NCBI GenBank assembly: GCA_910584255.1
Contig: CAJTXV010000005.1
Span: forward strand, 5,700-69,699
Source of the DNA: an uncultured Bacilli bacterium
GTDB lineage: Bacteria > Bacillota_I > Bacilli_A > RF39 > UBA660
DNA: 64,000 nt
Direction: 5' to 3'
Notes under the pieces: generated by a model
Told to the model about the DNA's origin: nothing
Databases searched by the model: none
The model's input: the letters and a program-made list of their open reading frames with translations, nothing else
In this document: piece by piece, positions 1-11,672 of the stretch
How the letters are laid out: each line of letters opens with the position of its first letter
Position numbering within the stretch: the first letter of the stretch is position 1
Position numbers and translations under genes: made by a program

Positions 1-3000
1 AATAAAACATATTCCTTACATACAGGAGATAATGACATTATTCTTAGTGTTACAAGTGAAGCTGGAACGACTAAAAACTATAAAGTACGAGTTGTTCGTG
101 ATCAATCGGACAATGATGATTTGAGTTTCCTTTATGTAGAAGAAGGTGGCCTTCTACCAATGTTTAACGAAACTACAATTTTCTATGAAGTGAAGGTTCC
201 CAATCGCATTACAGATTTAAATCAACTTCATATTGAAGCAATTACGGAAGATACTAATGCAACTTTTGAGATTTTAGGACAAAGTGGAGCTTTAGTAGTT
301 GGAACTCCACGAGAGGTGATTGTTAGAGTAACTGCAGAAGATAGAGTTCATACCAAAGATTATACACTTTCGATTACAAGGCAAGAGGCAATAGAAGAAA
401 ATCTAGCTTTATTAAAACTAGAAACAAATAGAGGAGAACTTACACCGACTTTTAATTCAGATACTTTAAATTATACTTTAGAAGTAGAAAATCATATTTC
501 TGATATTATAGTAACAGCAGAAGCCCTCAGTGACAGTGTAACTGTGATTGGAACAGGAAAATATAATTTAAAAGTTGGAAAGAATGGAATTAGTGTTTTT
601 GTTATTGGAAGTGATGGAGTACAAAGAGATTATCAAATCGTTGTTACCAGAAAGAAATCGAGTGATGCAACATTAAGTAGTTTGGTAGTAAAAAGTCATA
701 TTCTAAGTCCAACATTTAATAAGAATACAAAAAACTATACTTTAAAGACAAGTTTAAACGAACTTACATTTACAACAATTACTCCAACAGAAAGTGAATC
801 TACTTATGTAATTAGTGGAAATGAAAACTTTCAAACCGGAGAAAATATAGTAACTATCGAAGTCACTGCACCAGATGGAGAAACGAAAAAGACTTATACT
901 TTGACTGTTACAAAAGAGGGAAGTAAAAATAACAATCTTAAATCATTAGAAGTCGAGGGCTATGTAATTCGACCAGTATTTCATAAGGGAGTTACTTTCT
1001 ATGCAGTAGAAGTAGAAAATAATGTAAATAGTGTTATGATTAAAGCGAGCGCAGAAGATAACAATGCGATTATTACAGGGGATGGATTAAAGACAATTTC
1101 TACTGGTGAAAATTACTTTGATATTATTGTCCAAAGTGAAGCTGGTACTAAGAAAACATACCGTGTCTTAGTAACAAAAGAAGCAAGTGATAATAACTAT
1201 CTAGCAAGTTTAAATGTTAGCGAAGGAGTTTTAAAGCAAACTCTAACAGAAAGTGAAACTTTTGATAAAACAGTGAATAAATACAAAGTGACGGTTCCTT
1301 ATACAGTAGATGAAATTACAGTGGTTGGTTCCCTAGAGGATGAAAATGCAACTGTTGGTGGATTCCAAGCTTATTCTTTAAACTATGGAAAAAATACGAT
1401 TTCAATTACAGTAACGAGTGAATCAGGAGTTGTTAATGTTTATGAAATTGAGGTAACGAGAGAAGAATCAATTAGTCCTTACTTAACGGATTTAAAAGTA
1501 AAAGATTATTCATTCGATAATCCATTTGAAAAATATTTATTTGAATATTCTATTAATGTAGATAATGAAATCGATTCTTTTGACAAATTACAATTAATCT
1601 ATCAGACAGAAGATAAGAATGCGACTGTAAAAATTACAGATGGCAATACTTATCAATGTAATGATACGATGTGTAGTGATTTTAAATTTGTAGTTGGAAT
1701 GAATGAAGTTCATATCGAAGTAACTGCAAGTGATGGAAGTTTGAATCAAGAATATATCCTCTACGTAAATCGATCGATGTCTACCAATAATTATTTAGAT
1801 AGTCTAACGGTAAATCGGGGTACATTAGATCCTATATTTAAACCTGAGACGTTGACTTACCATGTAGAAGTGGAAAGAGAAGTAGATAAGATTACAATTG
1901 GCGCTACGACACAAGATAGTCAATCAACGATTATATCAGGAATAGGAGAGCATACCTTAGCTTTAGGGGAAAATACCATTCTAATTAAAGTAAAATCATC
2001 GATTGGAATCACAAGAGCTTATCAAGTAATAGTAAATCGTAAAAAATCAGAGAATAATTACTTAACATATTTAGGTGTATTAAAGTCGAATGTTCCAATG
2101 AACTTTGAAGAGACTTTTGTGAAAACAACGAGTGATTATCATTTAACAGTTAGTAGTGATACAAGTATTATAGAAATTAAGGCAACGTTAGAAGATAGCA
2201 ATGCAACTGTAAGTGGTCATGGTTTAAAATTGTTAAATCAAGGATTAAACACATTTCCAGTCAAGGTTACTTCAGAGAGTGGTCAAGAGAATACCTATAC
2301 AATTTATATTACAAAAGAAGTATCAAGTAATAACTATTTAAGTAGTTTAATTCCAAGTGTTGGAACTTTAGACCCAGTATTCAATAAGGAACAAACAAGT
2401 TATACATTACACCTTACAAATAATCAAACAGAACTTGGATTTACTGTAACAAAAGAGGATTCAAATGCTACAGTTACGGGTAGTGAGAGCCAGTCTGTAC
2501 CAGAGGGTACTAGTAAACGGTCTATTACGGTAACAGCAGAAGATGGAAATATTAAAACGTATGAAATTACAGTAATTCGAGAAACAGCGAGTGAAGTAAG
2601 ACTAGACCGATTAGAGGTTTTGGGATATCCATTTGAATTTAATCCAAATACATTTGAGTATACACTTTCTGTATCAAAGTCAAAGAAGAAATTACTAGCA
2701 AGTGAGATTACTGCGATACCAAAAGATAAGGATGCAACCGTGAACTTGATGGGAGACTTGAATCTAGTGGATGGCTCAACTAGTACATATATTGTAGAAG
2801 TGATTGCGAAAGATGGATATACAACCCAAGAATATAAGATTCATATTACAAGAGATAGCCTAGAATATACGATTCGAAGTGATATTTATACGATTGATAG
2901 AAATGAGACAGAGGATTATGTAATCGGAATGGATCCGAAAACGAAGAAGACTGACTTTATTGGAAACTTCTTAAATGATCCATCTACCCTTCATGTATAT

Positions 3001-3303
3001 GGAAGTGATGGAGTAGGAATTACGGAAGAAGATAAATTCATAGGAAGCTACATGGTAATCAAACTAGAAATTGATGGATTTGTTTACGATGAACTAGTGA
3101 TCACTGTTCGAGGAGATTTAAATGGAGATGGCTTAGTAACCGCAGCTGATAACATTCAAGCGAAGAACTATGTCTTGGGAAAGAAACAAGTCAATTTCTT
3201 AGTTACAAAAATCGTTGATATCAATCAAGATGGATTAGTGACTGCACCAGATGTCATTCGAATTAAAAACTATATCTTAGGAAAAAGAGGACTCAATGAG
3301 TGA
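1..3303 (+). CDS. Large cell-surface protein with >=11 tandem ~80-aa cadherin-like beta-sandwich repeats and a C-terminal type-I dockerin (two Ca-binding repeats). The 5' end lies outside the window; the reading frame is open from position 1.
   Basis: ORF 121..3303 continues in-frame to nt 1 (NKTYSLHTGDNDIILSVTSEAGTTKNYKVRVVRDQSDNDD...). The repeated module is NNYLxSLxVxxGxLxPxFxxxxxxYxxxVxxxxxxIxIxAxxEDxNAxVxGxGxxxLxxGxNxIxIxVTSExGxxxxYxIxVxR. The C-terminus carries DLNGDGLVTAADNIQAKNYVLGK and DINQDGLVTAPDVIRIKNYILGK, which match the canonical dockerin duplicated F-hand. Confidence 0.8.
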   Translation, partial: NKTYSLHTGDNDIILSVTSEAGTTKNYKVRVVRDQSDNDDLSFLYVEEGGLLPMFNETTIFYEVKVPNRITDLNQLHIEAITEDTNATFEILGQSGALVVGTPREVIVRVTAEDRVHTKDYTLSITRQEAIEENLALLKLETNRGELTPTFNSDTLNYTLEVENHISDIIVTAEALSDSVTVIGTGKYNLKVGKNGISVFVIGSDGVQRDYQIVVTRKKSSDATLSSLVVKSHILSPTFNKNTKNYTLKTSLNELTFTTITPTESESTYVISGNENFQTGENIVTIEVTAPDGETKKTYTLTVTKEGSKNNNLKSLEVEGYVIRPVFHKGVTFYAVEVENNVNSVMIKASAEDNNAIITGDGLKTISTGENYFDIIVQSEAGTKKTYRVLVTKEASDNNYLASLNVSEGVLKQTLTESETFDKTVNKYKVTVPYTVDEITVVGSLEDENATVGGFQAYSLNYGKNTISITVTSESGVVNVYEIEVTREESISPYLTDLKVKDYSFDNPFEKYLFEYSINVDNEIDSFDKLQLIYQTEDKNATVKITDGNTYQCNDTMCSDFKFVVGMNEVHIEVTASDGSLNQEYILYVNRSMSTNNYLDSLTVNRGTLDPIFKPETLTYHVEVEREVDKITIGATTQDSQSTIISGIGEHTLALGENTILIKVKSSIGITRAYQVIVNRKKSENNYLTYLGVLKSNVPMNFEETFVKTTSDYHLTVSSDTSIIEIKATLEDSNATVSGHGLKLLNQGLNTFPVKVTSESGQENTYTIYITKEVSSNNYLSSLIPSVGTLDPVFNKEQTSYTLHLTNNQTELGFTVTKEDSNATVTGSESQSVPEGTSKRSITVTAEDGNIKTYEITVIRETASEVRLDRLEVLGYPFEFNPNTFEYTLSVSKSKKKLLASEITAIPKDKDATVNLMGDLNLVDGSTSTYIVEVIAKDGYTTQEYKIHITRDSLEYTIRSDIYTIDRNETEDYVIGMDPKTKKTDFIGNFLNDPSTLHVYGSDGVGITEEDKFIGSYMVIKLEIDGFVYDELVITVRGDLNGDGLVTAADNIQAKNYVLGKKQVNFLVTKIVDINQDGLVTAPDVIRIKNYILGKRGLNE

Positions 3304-3320
3304 AACTTGAGTTCTTTTTA
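3289..3320 (+). terminator. Weak rho-independent terminator after the cadherin/dockerin gene
   Basis: Inverted repeat actcaa-N10-ttgagt followed by TCTTTTT immediately after the stop codon at 3301-3303. Confidence 0.4.
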
Positions 3321-3417
3321 AGTGTTTATTAGTCAAAAAAAGTAAATTATTTGTAAATATTCGTAAATTTCTCTTTTTTAGCTATTAAAGATTGTATAAT
3401 AAAAATAAGGTGATTAT

Positions 3418-4326
3418 ATGAAAAATAAAGTTGTTTTAATTGGATGTGGAAACGTTGGAATGAGTTATGCATATGCATTACTCAATCAGCATACCTATGT
3501 AGATGAGCTAATACTAATTGATCTCAATAAAGAAAAAATAAAAGGGGAAGCTATGGATTTGAATCATTGTCTTGCCTATAGTCCTACAAAAGTAAAAGTA
3601 AAAGTGGGTGAATACTCTGATTGTCAGGATGCAAAAATTGTAGTGATTGCAGCAGGAAGTAATCAAGAAGTTGGAGAAACAAGGATGGATTTAATTCATA
3701 AAAACAGTGGTATCTTTCAAAATATTGTATCCAATGTTATGAAATCTTCTTTTGATGGAATCTTTTTAGTTGCCACGAATCCTTTAGATGTCATGACCTA
3801 TCTAACACTGAAGTATTCTAATCTTCCTGCAAATAGGGTTATTGGTTCTGGAACTACTTTGGATACTGCGAGGCTTCGCTATCTAATTAGTGAAAAAATA
3901 AATATATGCCCAAAAGATATTGAAGCCTATGTAATTGGAGAACATGGGGATAGCGAATTTGTTTGTTGGAGTAATGCAGGTATTGCTTTAACTAAGATTG
4001 ATACATTTTTAACGAAAGAGGACCAAAAGATATTAGAAGAAGAGGTTAAAAATTCTGCCAATGAAATTATTAAAAGAAAGGGTGCGACTTATTATGGAAT
4101 CGGTATGTGCTTGGTGAGAATTACTTCTGCGATATTAGAGGATAAAAATATTATATTGCCTGTTTCTAGTTATGATCAAAAAAATGATGTTTGTATTTCA
4201 ACTCCAGCAGTAGTAAATAAAGATGGAGTCAAAGAAAAAATTTATATTCCATTGAATGAGGAAGAAACGGAAAAATTAACTGATTCTATTGCAATCATTA
4301 AAAAGGCAATTCAATCATTAGAATAG
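3418..4326 (+). CDS. ldh: L-lactate dehydrogenase (LDH/MDH family)
   Basis: N-terminal Rossmann motif VVLIGCGNVGMSYAYAL, the LDH motif IGEHGDSEF and a length of 302 aa. Preceded by an extended -10 TGTATAAT and an RBS. Confidence 0.8.
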   Translation: MKNKVVLIGCGNVGMSYAYALLNQHTYVDELILIDLNKEKIKGEAMDLNHCLAYSPTKVKVKVGEYSDCQDAKIVVIAAGSNQEVGETRMDLIHKNSGIFQNIVSNVMKSSFDGIFLVATNPLDVMTYLTLKYSNLPANRVIGSGTTLDTARLRYLISEKINICPKDIEAYVIGEHGDSEFVCWSNAGIALTKIDTFLTKEDQKILEEEVKNSANEIIKRKGATYYGIGMCLVRITSAILEDKNIILPVSSYDQKNDVCISTPAVVNKDGVKEKIYIPLNEEETEKLTDSIAIIKKAIQSLE

Positions 4327-4404
4327 AATTTCCTCTTTACAGATTATTAGTTCAATATATATACAATTATGTTATTATAGACTCGTTTCTTCTTTTGTAT
4401 TCAT

Positions 4405-4434
4405 TTGTTTACCTTGAAAACTTTCAAAGCAAAT
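4405..4434 (+). promoter_or_regulatory. Sigma-A-like promoter (TTGAAA-17-TATACT) upstream of the pilin-like gene pair
   Basis: Sequence ttgaaaactttcaaagcaaatgatatact lies 37 nt upstream of the 4471 start. Confidence 0.35.
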
Positions 4435-4470
4435 GATATACTAGACGTATGTAGAATGGGGACTTAAATT

Positions 4471-4947
4471 ATGGAGAAAATAAACAAAAAAGCTTTTACA
4501 TTAATTGAATTACTGACAGTAATGGTGCTTCTTTCTATTTTGTTAGGAATTGCTGTTCCAGCATATTATATCCATATCCAAAGAAGTCAAAAGGGTGCCT
4601 ATCAATCGGCTGAAAAAGCTTTAACTACTTCTGCAATGGATGCTATGTTAGATTGTGTGAATAATCGTGGTAGGGAATTTTGTAAAAATAAGCGTCTTCC
4701 TCAATCTGATAATGAGTATATTAGAATAACACTTGGTGATTTAATTAAGGGTACTTATATGGATCCAATTCATGATCCTAAGGATAGAAGTAAATATTGT
4801 AGTGAGCAAAACTCTTATGCTTATATTTTAAAAAATCCAGAAGAAGAAAAAGGTGGGTATACCTATTATGCTTGTCTAGTATGCGGTAATTATGTAAGTG
4901 AAGATTGTGACCGAGAAGAATTAGGAGATATGGTAGAAATCGAATGA
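4471..4947 (+). CDS. Prepilin-type N-terminal cleavage/methylation-domain protein (type IV pilin or pseudopilin-like)
   Basis: MEKINKKA|FTLIELLTVMVLLSILLGIAVPAYY: class III signal peptide with Glu at +5 and a hydrophobic alpha-1 helix, 158 aa. The C-terminal Cys motif YTYYACLVCGNYVSEDCD is shared with the next gene. Confidence 0.7.
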   Translation: MEKINKKAFTLIELLTVMVLLSILLGIAVPAYYIHIQRSQKGAYQSAEKALTTSAMDAMLDCVNNRGREFCKNKRLPQSDNEYIRITLGDLIKGTYMDPIHDPKDRSKYCSEQNSYAYILKNPEEEKGGYTYYACLVCGNYVSEDCDREELGDMVEIE

Positions 4948-4975
4948 TGAAAGATTACTAGATGGAGGAAAAAGT

Positions 4976-7786
4976 ATGGGAAATAAAAAGGGCTTTACTT
5001 TAGTCGAATTATTAGCTACTTTGGTCATTTTGGGAATCTTATTGGGACTTGCAGTACCAGCAGTCGGTGGATATCTAACGAAGGGGAAAATATCCTATTA
5101 TCGCGGTTTAGAAACTGATTTTTTAGCAGCGGGAAAGGATTATTTATTGGATTACAGGAGTTTATTACCAAGAGAGGTGAATGCTTCTACCGTTGTTACC
5201 TTAGATGAATTAGTAAAAAATAATTATATTGATGAAGTAAAAGATGAAGATGGAAAGTTATGTGATGGAACTGTCACTGTTATAAAAAAAGGAAAAAGTA
5301 GTTATGATTATTTAGTTTGTCTTACCTGTGGAAAGAAATATAAATCTGATATTAAGAATTGTGAATATGTAGGTAGTAACGGAAATGCTAGAAATTATGC
5401 AATCCACTTAAATGGACAGCTTCCTACTGCTGTAAATCAGGGAGATTTTGTTAGTATTCCAACGGCACAGGTAGTAGAAGAAACGGCAAATGGAACGAGA
5501 ATTATTGATGACCGATTGGAAGGAACTCCCAAGTCTATCGATACTACAGTACTTGGTACTACTACTATCAGTTGGGCTTATCGTGCAGATAGAATTACAA
5601 AATCGATTCGTGTCGTTGATTCTGTTGCACCTGTGATTGATTCTTTTTATTTATCTTATGTAAGTGCTGCCAATTATGAGGGGACAATTACGAATAAAGG
5701 GTTATCAATTCGTCTAAGTGCGAGAGATTATGCTTGTGTTATAGGAAGTGACTGTAGAAGGCGCTATCCCAATTTAGAGGGTAGTGGGATTCAGGCTGTC
5801 TATTATAAAGAAAAAAATGCAACCAAATGGAATATATATAATACAAATCGCACCAATATTACCATTCCAATTGAAGAAAGCTTATGGGGTGAAATAGAAG
5901 TAAAGGTAGTAGATGCAAGTAACAATTCTAGTGCTGTTCAAACCGTTCCAATTCAAATGGATATAGAACCACCTTCTAAAACAACCGTTGATTATTTAAA
6001 AGGAGAAAGTACAAGTAAATGGCAAAATGATATTTCTATAAAATTAAATGCTAAGGATGATATAGGAATACGATATTATGAAATTTATAAGGATGGATTC
6101 TTTTATGCTAATACTGATGAATCATGGATACCACCGAATAATTTTAGTAGTGATAATGTCACATTTCGGGCGATAGATTTTGCTGGAAATAAAGGAGAAT
6201 TTTCAGATAAACAGAAAATTCATAGGGATACTGAAAATCCAGATATTCCAACAGTTAATTTAAATGGTTATACATCAGGAGTTTGGACGGGACATGATAT
6301 ACGGTTAAGTTTTAGTGCGTCCGACAATGGAAGCATTGATTATTATGAGTATAAAGATTCTAATGAAGCAGTAGAGGGAATAAAAATTAGTAATCCATGG
6401 GATTTTACGCAAGATGGGCTTTGGACCATTTATATTCGCGCAGTCGATGTAGCAGGTAATAAAAGTGGCTGGTCGGATGGATATGATATATGGTTAGATA
6501 AAACACCACCGCAAATTCCAAGAGTTACTTATCTAAGCGGAATTAGTTCTTCTTCTTGGCAAGGAAATGTGAAAATTCAATTAGATGCGAGTGATAATCA
6601 TGGGCTTAAATATTATGAAATTTATAAAGATGGTGTTTTTTATGGTACTACAGGAAATATATGGGTTCCTCCAGATGGTTTTAGTAGTAATCAAGTTACA
6701 TTTAAATCCGTTGATATTGTGGGAAATAAAAGTGAAGCATCTGTAGTACATAAAATTCATGTGAACTCGTCTCAACCGACTTTATCGGGATTATATTGGG
6801 GTGAAGTTACGAATCGATTGGCTCCTTTATATATTAAAATTATGGATTCTTCTTCTGGAATTAATCGTATTGAGTGTCAAACTGCTACGACTTCAGGGGG
6901 ATATAATAATTGGCATACCTTTCATGCTGTTTGGGATGCAGGTGAAAATGCATATCGATGTGATATTACCCCTTCTACATTTGGTCATTACAATCAAAAC
7001 TACTTAACTAATATCTACGTTTATGATAATGTTGGAAATGGTGGCTATTACAGTCAGCAATCCGTAATGATTCCATCGAATTCTTATAAACTATCTAATG
7101 TTGCGAGACCAGGAGATTATGTGACTTATCGCACTTTTAATGATTCTTATACAAGTTCTAGGGAAGATAATGGTATTCAAGATCAGACAATTACTCCTTC
7201 AGACTATCACGGAACTTGGCAAGTTTTATATAATGATGGAAATTATGGATTACAGATTGTAAGTTCCGAAGTAACTGCAAATTTATCAGTATATGGATAT
7301 GCTGGTATGAATAATATTTATAACACATTAAACGAAATATCTTCTGCCTATATGGATGGTGTTTATGCAACTTCTGCTCGTCATATTGGTACCAATCCAT
7401 CGAATCCCAATGACTCGTCTAGTATGTGTACTTTTGAAGACCAAGAAGTAAAATGTTGGGAGCAAAGTGTCTATCTTACAGATTTAAATGCATTAAAAAA
7501 TGCTAGAAGCCAGAATTCAAATGGAATTGCTTCAACGAGCGGGGAATACTTTTTTATTAGTCGACAAAAGTATGCTTGTAATGAGGGAGGTATCGGTGGA
7601 GAAAACTGTTATTGCTTGACCGATTCTAGAGATTTAAGTGGAAACACCTGGAGTGCGAGATGTCTAGTGGTTTATCCAGACCAAAAAGAAGTAACGAGTG
7701 GAATTCGGCCAGTTATTCGATTAAACAGTGAAACCGTAGTACTTGGAAGCGGTACTTTACAAGACCCCTATGTAATTCAATATTAA
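4976..7786 (+). CDS. Giant modular type-IV-pilin-like protein (936 aa): N-terminal pilin domain plus ~790 aa of Ig-like or beta-rich repeat domains
   Basis: MGNKKG|FTLVELLATLVILGILLGLAVPA is a canonical prepilin leader with Gly at -1 and Glu at +5. The conserved motif SYDYLVCLTCGKKYKSDIKNCE is paralogous to the 4471 gene. Internal ~90-aa repeats: ...KWQNDISIKLNAKDDIGIRYYEIYKDGFFYANTDESWIPPNNFSSDNVTFRAIDFAGNKGEFS and ...SWQGNVKIQLDASDNHGLKYYEIYKDGVFYGTTGNIWVPPDGFSSNQVTFKSVDIVGNKSEAS. Confidence 0.65.
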   Translation: MGNKKGFTLVELLATLVILGILLGLAVPAVGGYLTKGKISYYRGLETDFLAAGKDYLLDYRSLLPREVNASTVVTLDELVKNNYIDEVKDEDGKLCDGTVTVIKKGKSSYDYLVCLTCGKKYKSDIKNCEYVGSNGNARNYAIHLNGQLPTAVNQGDFVSIPTAQVVEETANGTRIIDDRLEGTPKSIDTTVLGTTTISWAYRADRITKSIRVVDSVAPVIDSFYLSYVSAANYEGTITNKGLSIRLSARDYACVIGSDCRRRYPNLEGSGIQAVYYKEKNATKWNIYNTNRTNITIPIEESLWGEIEVKVVDASNNSSAVQTVPIQMDIEPPSKTTVDYLKGESTSKWQNDISIKLNAKDDIGIRYYEIYKDGFFYANTDESWIPPNNFSSDNVTFRAIDFAGNKGEFSDKQKIHRDTENPDIPTVNLNGYTSGVWTGHDIRLSFSASDNGSIDYYEYKDSNEAVEGIKISNPWDFTQDGLWTIYIRAVDVAGNKSGWSDGYDIWLDKTPPQIPRVTYLSGISSSSWQGNVKIQLDASDNHGLKYYEIYKDGVFYGTTGNIWVPPDGFSSNQVTFKSVDIVGNKSEASVVHKIHVNSSQPTLSGLYWGEVTNRLAPLYIKIMDSSSGINRIECQTATTSGGYNNWHTFHAVWDAGENAYRCDITPSTFGHYNQNYLTNIYVYDNVGNGGYYSQQSVMIPSNSYKLSNVARPGDYVTYRTFNDSYTSSREDNGIQDQTITPSDYHGTWQVLYNDGNYGLQIVSSEVTANLSVYGYAGMNNIYNTLNEISSAYMDGVYATSARHIGTNPSNPNDSSSMCTFEDQEVKCWEQSVYLTDLNALKNARSQNSNGIASTSGEYFFISRQKYACNEGGIGGENCYCLTDSRDLSGNTWSARCLVVYPDQKEVTSGIRPVIRLNSETVVLGSGTLQDPYVIQY

Positions 7787-7812
7787 ACTGTGTGAAATCA
7801 CAGTTTTTTTCT
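7786..7812 (+). terminator. Rho-independent terminator after the pilin-like genes
   Basis: aactgtg-tgaaat-cacagtt followed by TTTTTTT, overlapping the stop codon at 7784-7786. Confidence 0.6.
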
Positions 7813-7846
7813 TTTAAAATTTCTTTCAAATCAAATATTTAAAAAA

Positions 7847-7874
7847 TTAGCACTCATATATTGACAATTGCTAA
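7847..7874 (+). promoter_or_regulatory. CIRCE-like element (imperfect second half-site)
   Basis: TTAGCACTC-atatattga-cAATTGCTAA compared with the consensus TTAGCACTC-N9-GAGTGCTAA. It overlaps the -35 box. Confidence 0.4.
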
Positions 7875-7889
7875 TCATAATAATATAAT
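7861..7889 (+). promoter_or_regulatory. Consensus sigma-A promoter (TTGACA-17-TATAAT) for the hrcA-grpE-dnaK operon
   Basis: ttgaca at 7861-7866, a 17-bp spacer and tataat at 7884-7889. It is sandwiched between two CIRCE elements. Confidence 0.6.
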
Positions 7890-7893
7890 GATA

Positions 7894-7920
7894 TTAGCAC
7901 TTGAAGTATTTTAGTGCTAG
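7894..7920 (+). promoter_or_regulatory. CIRCE operator (HrcA binding site)
   Basis: TTAGCACTt-gaagtattt-tAGTGCTAg is a near-perfect 9-N9-9 inverted repeat located between the -10 box and the hrcA RBS (GGAGG at 7921). Confidence 0.7.
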
Positions 7921-7929
7921 GAGGTATTT

Positions 7930-8917
7930 ATGCTTACTAAGAGACAGAAGGAAATATTAAAATTAATTGTCCTTAATTACATTCAATTAGCGAAGCCAGT
8001 TGGTTCTAAATTACTTTGCAAAAAGTTGAACTGTTCTAGTGCTACCATACGAAGTGAAATGGCCACTTTGGAAGAATTAAATCTTTTAGAAAAAACACAT
8101 ACCTCATCAGGACGAGTACCAAGTGAAAAAGGGTATCGATATTATGTTGATTATTTGATGAACCCAAAAGAAATCAATGGCGAAGATATGCTGAAACTGC
8201 AGATTATCTTTAAGAATAATGAATTAGAGTTGAGTGATTGCCTGAATCAAAGTTTAAAACTAATTTCAGAAATGACTTCCTACACTTCCATTGTACTTGG
8301 AAAAACAAGTCATGATAATCATTTAAAAGAAGTGAATGTTGTTCCTTTAGATAGTTCTGAAATGATTGCTATCGTCATTACTGATAAAGGACATGTAGAA
8401 CATAAAAAGGTTTCTTTTAAAAACGTTTCTATGGAAGAAATTAAAAGAGCAGTGACACTCATTAATGATTTGATTGTTGGAACACCCATTGATGAGGTAA
8501 GTAGTAAGCTTGAATTTGAAGTAAAACCAATTATTGACCGTTATGTGAAGGAACATGAACTTGTTTATAATACCTTTTATCAAGTGTTTCAAGATTTTTC
8601 CAATAAAAATATCAATGTCGTTGGAAGAAATAATATTTTAAAGCAACCAGAGTTCAATAGTGTAGATAAAATTAAAAATATTTTTGGAAAACTAGATGAT
8701 GCAGCACTACTCAATAATATTGAAACAGATAATAATGATATCAAAGTATATATCGGGAAAGAAAACAAATTAGACGAAGATGTCACCATTGTTCAGACCA
8801 AATATCGTACACCGTCTCAGGAAGGAACCATTGCCATTGTGGGTCCAAAACGAATGGATTATGAGAGAGTTGTTTCACTTCTCGAATTCATTAAGCAAAA
8901 TATAGAAGATAAGGAAG

Positions 8918-8934
<17 letters not shown>
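7930..8934 (+). CDS. hrcA: Heat-inducible transcription repressor HrcA
   Basis: 334 aa with an N-terminal winged-helix (LTKRQKEILKLIVLNYIQLAKPVGSKLL). It is the first gene of the dnaK operon and is preceded by CIRCE. Confidence 0.9.
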
Positions 8935-11379
<2,445 letters not shown>

Positions 11380-11391
11380 ATGGGAAAGTCA

Positions 11392-11422
11392 AACTAAGTT
11401 CTAGTAAATCTAGAACTTAGTT
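11392..11422 (+). terminator. Hairpin terminator downstream of dnaK
   Basis: Perfect 13-bp stem aactaagttctag-taaat-ctagaacttagtt located 13 nt after the dnaK stop. It separates dnaK from pepF-dnaJ. Confidence 0.6.
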
Positions 11423-11672
11423 GCTTATTATAATTTTTATTTATTCATAGGAGAGTAGTATCACCTTTCAAGAAAAAATTTTAGCTATCAAAACATTAAA
11501 GAGATTTAAAAAAAGTATTGTTAGTGTAAATCCAAATCAATCATCTTGAGATTATTTGTATTTAGGTATTGTACCAACACATATATATATACAAGGTCTC
11601 AAGTAGCTAAACGTGATAAGAAATTATTAAAAAGCTTAAAAAGAAAAAAATAAAATAATCAGGGAGAAACGA

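Noticed and set aside
3340-3375. Rex operator upstream of ldh (tttgtaaatattcgtaaat)
   Set aside because: The two half-sites are direct rather than inverted (TGTAAAT…CGTAAAT). They do not fit the palindromic TTGTGAA-N4-TTCACAA Rex box.
6581-7400. Short ORFs from the six-frame track lying antisense or nested inside well-supported genes (e.g. 6581..6775, 6801..7007, 13588..14106, 15588..15801, 34768..34980, 44359..46197, 54467..55279, 62649..63109)
   Set aside because: They overlap conserved CDSs, have low-complexity composition and lack RBSs. They are treated as spurious. Their exact recurrence in copy 2 merely confirms DNA identity of the duplication.
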